Shown here: in pieces, positions 58,499-64,000 of the stretch | How positions within the stretch are numbered: position 1 is the first letter of the stretch | Layout: every line of letters starts with the position of its first letter | From: Microcoleus sp. | GTDB lineage: Bacteria; Cyanobacteriota; Cyanobacteriia; Cyanobacteriales; Microcoleaceae | Assembly (NCBI GenBank): GCA_042408215.1 | Contig: JAYFMW010000006.1 | Coordinates: forward strand, 608,001 to 672,000 | DNA length: 64,000 nucleotides | Reading direction: 5' to 3' | Made by a program: the position numbers and the translations under genes | The notes under the pieces: generated by a model | Database searches by the model: none | Told to the model about the DNA's origin: nothing | The model's input: the letters and a program-made list of their open reading frames with translations, nothing else

Positions 58499-60250
58499 TT
58501 ATTCCTCAGTTGGCCAAAGTTTGATAAAGTCGCTCTGATTCTGTAAAAACTCAAGAAAATTCTGAGTTGTGTCCGAGTCATCAGGAAAAATCGTCAAAAG
58601 TTCTACATACTCTTGCCTTTTTTGTTTCAATTCTCCGGTTCTAAGTTTGAGATAGCGGGGATACATCCGATGCCAAATGCGACCAATATTATTGAGTTTT
58701 CCAGTCAAATCAGTTTGCTTAATAAACTGATTTTTTGAGTAGTGACCGTGAAACCAATTAATTGCTTCGCTGCTATTCTTATCCTCAGCAATTCTTCCCC
58801 AGACTTCCACTTTTTCTGGATGCCAGACTTCGCGCCAAGTAGTAGCATGATGACTCAGTTCTACATGATTAACTGTTAACCATTCTATTGCTCTCTGCTG
58901 ACCCTCTGCCAAAAATTTAGCAATATTTCTGAGGTCATCACTAGCAGCCGTGACGTACAAATCCTTTGAACTTTCATTAAACTTCCAGTGACAGCCGATC
59001 GCGGGTTTGTCATTTCTGTTAAAATACTCTGGGAAAAACAGGCTGTGATCGACTCGCCGCCACGATTTGCCAAAACCGCCGAGTAAGAGAGAAAATTTAA
59101 TTAAGTAAGTGACAAACTTTTTTAACTCCTTCTGGGGATAGGTATTATTCAGGCATAGCAAATCTAACTTGCCAGCTTGCAAGTCGTAGGTTGGCATCAC
59201 TACAACTTTGTTGCCGTTAGGCTTATATCTGTGTTCGCCAAAATCGAGTTCCTCAGCGGTAAAATTAATCCCCAACTGCCCGATAATTGCCCCTGTATCA
59301 TCGCGTCTTTCACCAATTCCTCCCCAAAGTTTCTTCGTTAACAGTTGCGCTGTATTAACATCCGTGACCCCAGCCAACAACCGTAAAGTATGACCCCGCA
59401 GGGCAGCTTTAAACATATTTGGTCGAAATTCTGGGGTTCTATTCAGCAGTTGGGACGTTAACCCGCAGCCGCTCAAATTGACAGAAAGTAAGATGCGATC
59501 GGCACTTTTTACCTCTGCCATGCGGCCGTAGCCTGCACTTACCCTAGAACCAATTCCGTGCCCTAAAGCTTGTTCCCAAATTTGCCAAATCTCCTCCCAT
59601 TCTTGTTTTCCAAGCTGCTTGTTGCTGGAAATGCCAAATTGTAATTGACACTGATAAAGCGAAATTTGCACGTTAGCACTGGTGACAGCATTTTCCATCA
59701 CTTGGCGTTTTTGTTGCGAGTGAACGACATCGACTAAACGCTCTTTTTCTGCCCAAGACATATCAGCAGGAAAGCCGCCGTGAAAGCGCAAAATTCCGGG
59801 TCTTGCACTACGCTGTCCGTCCTCTACAACCTCTCCTCCGCAGTATTCTTCTCGCTTTTGAGGAGGACACGATCGCCAGAAAGCGCCTTTCATGCTAGAA
59901 CCCGGATAAAATGGCAAACCTTTCGCACCAATTACGGGTCGAATTACGTCTTCATCTTGTCCGCTATTTGTAACCAAACGCCAGCTAATTGTGTATTGTT
60001 TTGTTTCCACTCCCCGGCCGAATTCAGGCATTTTCACGGGTGATTTAGTTCGGCCTCGCTGCCAGAGGGGAACGCTTTCATCATTGCTTTCGGGGACGGG
60101 AGGACAGGATTTTAACCACTGTTTCACCCAATCAGAAGCCGGGCCAGCATCGCCTGCATACTGAATTTTTCCTCTTCCAGCTAACTGTGCTTGAAACATC
60201 AAAGGAACGCGATCGCTATCACTCATCTTCTTCACCTCCATTATTGCCAT
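58499..60250 (-). CDS. cmr6: Cmr6-Cmr1 fusion RAMP
   Basis: Two RAMP halves: PGSSMKG...GIGSRVSAGYG and RPNMFKAALRG...GGFGKSWRR. Confidence 0.8.
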   Translation of the reverse strand: MAIMEVKKMSDSDRVPLMFQAQLAGRGKIQYAGDAGPASDWVKQWLKSCPPVPESNDESVPLWQRGRTKSPVKMPEFGRGVETKQYTISWRLVTNSGQDEDVIRPVIGAKGLPFYPGSSMKGAFWRSCPPQKREEYCGGEVVEDGQRSARPGILRFHGGFPADMSWAEKERLVDVVHSQQKRQVMENAVTSANVQISLYQCQLQFGISSNKQLGKQEWEEIWQIWEQALGHGIGSRVSAGYGRMAEVKSADRILLSVNLSGCGLTSQLLNRTPEFRPNMFKAALRGHTLRLLAGVTDVNTAQLLTKKLWGGIGERRDDTGAIIGQLGINFTAEELDFGEHRYKPNGNKVVVMPTYDLQAGKLDLLCLNNTYPQKELKKFVTYLIKFSLLLGGFGKSWRRVDHSLFFPEYFNRNDKPAIGCHWKFNESSKDLYVTAASDDLRNIAKFLAEGQQRAIEWLTVNHVELSHHATTWREVWHPEKVEVWGRIAEDKNSSEAINWFHGHYSKNQFIKQTDLTGKLNNIGRIWHRMYPRYLKLRTGELKQKRQEYVELLTIFPDDSDTTQNFLEFLQNQSDFIKLWPTEE

Positions 60251-60647
60251 TATTCTTAGTAGGTTTATAACGCTGAGTCCACCAAACCATACTGTCGCAA
60301 AGTTGAGTTAGCACAGCTATAGCTACTTTGCGCTGTTCTACGGGAAAATCCCACAATTTATTTGCCATGATTTTAATGGCTGCTGTATCGTCAGGACTAA
60401 CATTATCGTTGGGAATTTTAACGCCAGCATTTGCCATAATTTTAACTAACGCCTTCCAAGTATCCCGCCAATAATCAGCTTGATCTTTGTCCTTGACTAA
60501 CCGAAACTGTTCTCCCCAAAATCGCTCTAAACCATAAGCAACCGAAACACGCATTTTGTATGCTTGATTAGGAGCATCTTTTTTGTCGCGGTATTTGATA
60601 ACTAAATCGTGAGCCTCTTGGTCTAATTTGTAAGATTCCCAAGCCAT
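60219..60647 (-). CDS. cmr5: Cmr5 / small subunit
   Basis: 142-aa helical protein between cmr4 and cmr6; assigned mainly by position. Confidence 0.7.
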   Translation of the reverse strand: MAWESYKLDQEAHDLVIKYRDKKDAPNQAYKMRVSVAYGLERFWGEQFRLVKDKDQADYWRDTWKALVKIMANAGVKIPNDNVSPDDTAAIKIMANKLWDFPVEQRKVAIAVLTQLCDSMVWWTQRYKPTKNNGNNGGEEDE

Positions 60648-60650
60648 AAA

Positions 60651-61484
60651 TTATACCTCCTTTAAGGTTAGATAGCAGTGACCGAAACCTATTGATTCTA
60701 AACCGCCGAGATAAATGTCTGCACCACTAGCAGCACCAAAAGGTTGCCATGTCTCTTGGTTGTCTTTGAGGGCGATCGGAAATACTAAAATTGTGCCTTC
60801 TGGCAAAGCTTCAGTATTAAAAAAAGCTCCTTTTTTCGCCTTTTTTTCCTCTTTGTCTAAGGCTACTCGACTCTGGCGATATAAAGCCATATCGTGAATC
60901 ATGGCAATTTCATCATCAGCAACAACAACGGCTGGCAATTCCTCTCCTAAAGGAAACCAAACAGACAAATCCTGAGTTTTCTCAACTGTCAAAAAGCCAA
61001 AGTTAAAAAATAGCTTTGGTTTGCCATTTATGTCGAGAGCTTTTAAGGTTTGAGAACCTGTATAATTAGCGGGAATTTTTGCAGTATTGAGTAACTTACC
61101 ATCCTTTAGCTTGACAGAATCTCCAGCAATTCGCTGATAGCGTTTGAGCAAACGAGGACAAGTTACCCAGACAATTGGTTGACCGGGACAAAACACTGGC
61201 AACCATAGCAGCGAAGCATATTCAAACTTAACTACAGACTCCGTGGTACTGTCTGGTTTTCCTAATTCTGCTTCCTGACCGTACCATTTATTGGCTTCAG
61301 TTTCTCCCAGACTGCGGCGGATTTCCGATCGCAATCTCCCGCGAATCGAACTGCCGGGAATAATGCCAGTTTGGGTAAACTGGTCGCGGAAAATTAAGTT
61401 TAAGTTTCCGCTTTCTTCACCAGCCGTTGCTCCCACATGAACAGGAGCAAGGGTTTCAATAATACCGTAAGCTTTTTTGTACAT
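60651..61484 (-). CDS. cmr4: Cmr4 RAMP backbone
   Basis: PVHVG, IPGSSIRG and LGGLESIGFG. Confidence 0.9.
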   Translation of the reverse strand: MYKKAYGIIETLAPVHVGATAGEESGNLNLIFRDQFTQTGIIPGSSIRGRLRSEIRRSLGETEANKWYGQEAELGKPDSTTESVVKFEYASLLWLPVFCPGQPIVWVTCPRLLKRYQRIAGDSVKLKDGKLLNTAKIPANYTGSQTLKALDINGKPKLFFNFGFLTVEKTQDLSVWFPLGEELPAVVVADDEIAMIHDMALYRQSRVALDKEEKKAKKGAFFNTEALPEGTILVFPIALKDNQETWQPFGAASGADIYLGGLESIGFGHCYLTLKEV

Positions 61485-62479
61485 TATTCAACTCCTTGAA
61501 TTTCAATGGGTAAACACAAACCGCATCCAACTTGTTTCAGGCTAAAACCTTCTTTGGGAAACCAATCTTCAGGGAATTCCCACCAAGTTTTATCTAAAGG
61601 TTCTCTGAGAAGATAGACAGTTCCAGGCGAAACTGCATAGCGTCCCCGTCCCATTTGTCCTTTCGCGCGGTAGCGATAGGAAATGGGTTTATCTGTGAGC
61701 ATTTCCGGTCGTTTTTTCGAGAAATCTTCATTTTTGGGATAGCGGAATGAAAATTTTTTAGATCCCCAAATTCCCGGCGTAATTAAAGCAAAAGAACGCT
61801 GAATTGGTTGGCGTAAAAGTTTGGCGATCGGGCTGTTATCATCCAGTGGAAGACTCTTTATTTCAACCAAATGATTTTCGCCACCAAAGCGATACCAACC
61901 ATCTGCTAAAGGATGAGTTGAGAGATAAACCAGACAACATTCATCATCCATCTGCACGGAATTTTCCAGAAACAAACCATCTTCTGCTAAAGTGCAGCGT
62001 TCGTCATCTTTTGTTTTGGGATGCAAGATAGGGACGTATGTCCAAGGAGTATCAGCTGCATCGCCATTTTTCTTAATGGCAGCAGTCTTATTTCCCCAAG
62101 AATTAACGGTTTGCCAGCGATAATCTGGGTCTACATCATCAGATTCCCGATGCCACTTTCCTGTTTGTCTTTTCCATTCATCCACTCCTTTTTGAGAAAT
62201 AATTTTGTGCCAAGGAATGGGGACGTAAAAGTATTCAGGATCGTCTGATTTTGCCCAAAATGGACCAGCGACAAATAGGTTATATCTGAGTTCTTCTTGA
62301 GAAGTATAAGACCTAACTTTGTTGGCGCTGAAAAATAGACCGGAGAGAGTAGCGGCTTCTGGAGGGAATTTTGCCCCAGAACGTCCGACCAGATTTTCTG
62401 GCGATAAAAATCCGCCTGAACTGCCGTACATAAATCCTAAAGGACTTATAGTGATGAGATATTTGAACATAGCTGCCAT
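61484..62479 (-). CDS. cmr3: Cmr3 (Cas5-group RAMP)
   Basis: FPPEAATLSG, RFGGE, LITPG and YAVSPGTVY. Confidence 0.85.
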   Translation of the reverse strand: MAAMFKYLITISPLGFMYGSSGGFLSPENLVGRSGAKFPPEAATLSGLFFSANKVRSYTSQEELRYNLFVAGPFWAKSDDPEYFYVPIPWHKIISQKGVDEWKRQTGKWHRESDDVDPDYRWQTVNSWGNKTAAIKKNGDAADTPWTYVPILHPKTKDDERCTLAEDGLFLENSVQMDDECCLVYLSTHPLADGWYRFGGENHLVEIKSLPLDDNSPIAKLLRQPIQRSFALITPGIWGSKKFSFRYPKNEDFSKKRPEMLTDKPISYRYRAKGQMGRGRYAVSPGTVYLLREPLDKTWWEFPEDWFPKEGFSLKQVGCGLCLPIEIQGVE

Positions 62480-64000
62480 CCCACATTTATTAGGTCACTA
62501 ATCCAGTAAATAAGTTCATTAGTTGGTTCATTTGGAAAATCTCCAACGATATGCTTGCAGTTTTGTTCCAAATGCTCTCTGTCATTAAAGTAAAGTTGAA
62601 AAATAGTTAAAGCCAATCGGTCATCTGGCCTTTTTTCCTTGGGATTAAAGCTGATAGCATGACGATTTTTAAGATGAGCTAAATCGTTGTAAACATGAGT
62701 CCAATTAGGGAAAAGTTTTTTATCTTTCCCTTCTGATTCCCATTTACTATAGGTTTTACCATCGCGATCGCGATACCTCTTCAAAATATCTAGATAATCC
62801 CAAGGGCAAGTCCACTGCACAAATTGACCGCTGTTAAAGACTACTCGAATTGTGACTCTATTTCGCCCCAAACTTTTCGCCCGTTTTTCCGCTTCTCGAC
62901 AGTGTTGAAGAATATCTCGCTGCGGTACACTGTGACCAGCCCAAACAAAACCTACACTTAAATTAATATCCTGTCCGTGCTTTTTCCATTCATCGGACAA
63001 TTTCATTAACCATTCTAATGCCTCTATAGGTTCCGGCGGCTTTTCGGGCTTGGTACTGTAAATTACGCCGAGGAAATCGTCACCGCCTGCATAAACAACT
63101 CGCCCTAGGTCTTTGGGGAAATTCTTGATAAATTTACCGCCCCAATTCCGCATGGCTTCGCTGAAGTTTTTTAAACCTTCATCTCCTTTTTCTTTAGCAA
63201 TTTCCTGAAGTTTTTTGCCAACTTTATCACCATCTCCCATAAACCAGCCAGTCCAGTGTTCTGGTTCACGAATAATGTCGCTAAATGCTGATTCAAGCGG
63301 AGATATCCCAATGTTTCTGGCAATATCTTCGTCACGAGTTACCAATCGCTTAACTAACTCAGGAATGCTCAATCTTTCATTAGGTGCGAGAAATTTTCCT
63401 TCGGGTTTGCCATCTGGGGGAAGATTCTCTAAAACACAGGAGAGACGCTGATAGAAATCCTTAAGTTCAGCTTTTTCTGGATCGGATAGTTGCCGCCCTG
63501 GATTTGAATGTTCCAAACCTAAACCCGGCCAGGCGATCGCATCGGTGCCGGTCAAACTCGAACTGTCGCCAATCCAATTAATCGCCGTCCAATCGCGACG
63601 CAATTTGCGAGTCTCTAAATTCTTCATCGCACACTCTATGCAATCTCCGTGCCCCCAAAATATTTCCCAAGTGTACAAACCCCATCGCATCCACTCTTGC
63701 TGCCAAAAGTATTGCTCTTTAGGAGGTACTTCTCGTTCTATCCAAACTCGACATTCATTTAATATTTCTTGCCATGATTTCTGAAGGGTGTTCGTCACAT
63801 CATTCCTGGAAAATTCCCCTTCCCCTTTCAGAAGTATCCGATTGGGCATTCCTTTCTGGATGTTGGGGGAACCGGGAGAAATGACATTGAAACCTGATTT
63901 TTCGGCTTGCTTGACTAGCTTGTAACTCAGATAAGACAGAATTAGTGAAGCCCCAAATAAATCTCTGAGTTTACGAGATTTTTCAATAAAACCCTGGACG
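62446..64000 (-). CDS. cas10: Cas10/Cmr2 (5' end beyond the window)
   Basis: The frame stays open to the edge (VQGFIEKSRKLRDLFGASLILSYL...MPNR). Palm motifs MGDGD and YAGGDD. Confidence 0.95.
   Translation of the reverse strand, partial: VQGFIEKSRKLRDLFGASLILSYLSYKLVKQAEKSGFNVISPGSPNIQKGMPNRILLKGEGEFSRNDVTNTLQKSWQEILNECRVWIEREVPPKEQYFWQQEWMRWGLYTWEIFWGHGDCIECAMKNLETRKLRRDWTAINWIGDSSSLTGTDAIAWPGLGLEHSNPGRQLSDPEKAELKDFYQRLSCVLENLPPDGKPEGKFLAPNERLSIPELVKRLVTRDEDIARNIGISPLESAFSDIIREPEHWTGWFMGDGDKVGKKLQEIAKEKGDEGLKNFSEAMRNWGGKFIKNFPKDLGRVVYAGGDDFLGVIYSTKPEKPPEPIEALEWLMKLSDEWKKHGQDINLSVGFVWAGHSVPQRDILQHCREAEKRAKSLGRNRVTIRVVFNSGQFVQWTCPWDYLDILKRYRDRDGKTYSKWESEGKDKKLFPNWTHVYNDLAHLKNRHAISFNPKEKRPDDRLALTIFQLYFNDREHLEQNCKHIVGDFPNEPTNELIYWISDLINVGWQLCSNISSL

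Overview
Chromosomal window from a filamentous cyanobacterium, Oscillatoriales/Microcoleus-like by inference (abundant HIP1 GCGATCGC, psaK, labA, K-box/CIRCE groESL, heptamer repeats). The left two-thirds hold housekeeping genes (leuA, labA, groESL, pheS, surE, trpF, psaK, thioredoxin, BamA-like) among many REP/MITE/tandem repeats. Also present are two tnpA-less TnpB elements, an ORF-less IS605-type mini-element, a phosphatase/cyclase/slr1658/slr1659 signalling operon and two paralogous DUF4347-RTX surface proteins. The right quarter is a type III-B variant CRISPR-Cas locus: cas10 (cut by the window edge, GGDD intact), cmr3, cmr4, cmr5, a cmr6-cmr1 fusion, a CARF-like/HEPN gene, csx18, cas1, cas2, and a 62-repeat array. 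The most notable oddities are that Cmr4 appears to have Asn at the catalytic Asp position, and that the array switches its terminal repeat base for the 19 newest units, together with a shifted spacer-end base bias. Counts are by eye and family calls come from motif recognition, not database searches.
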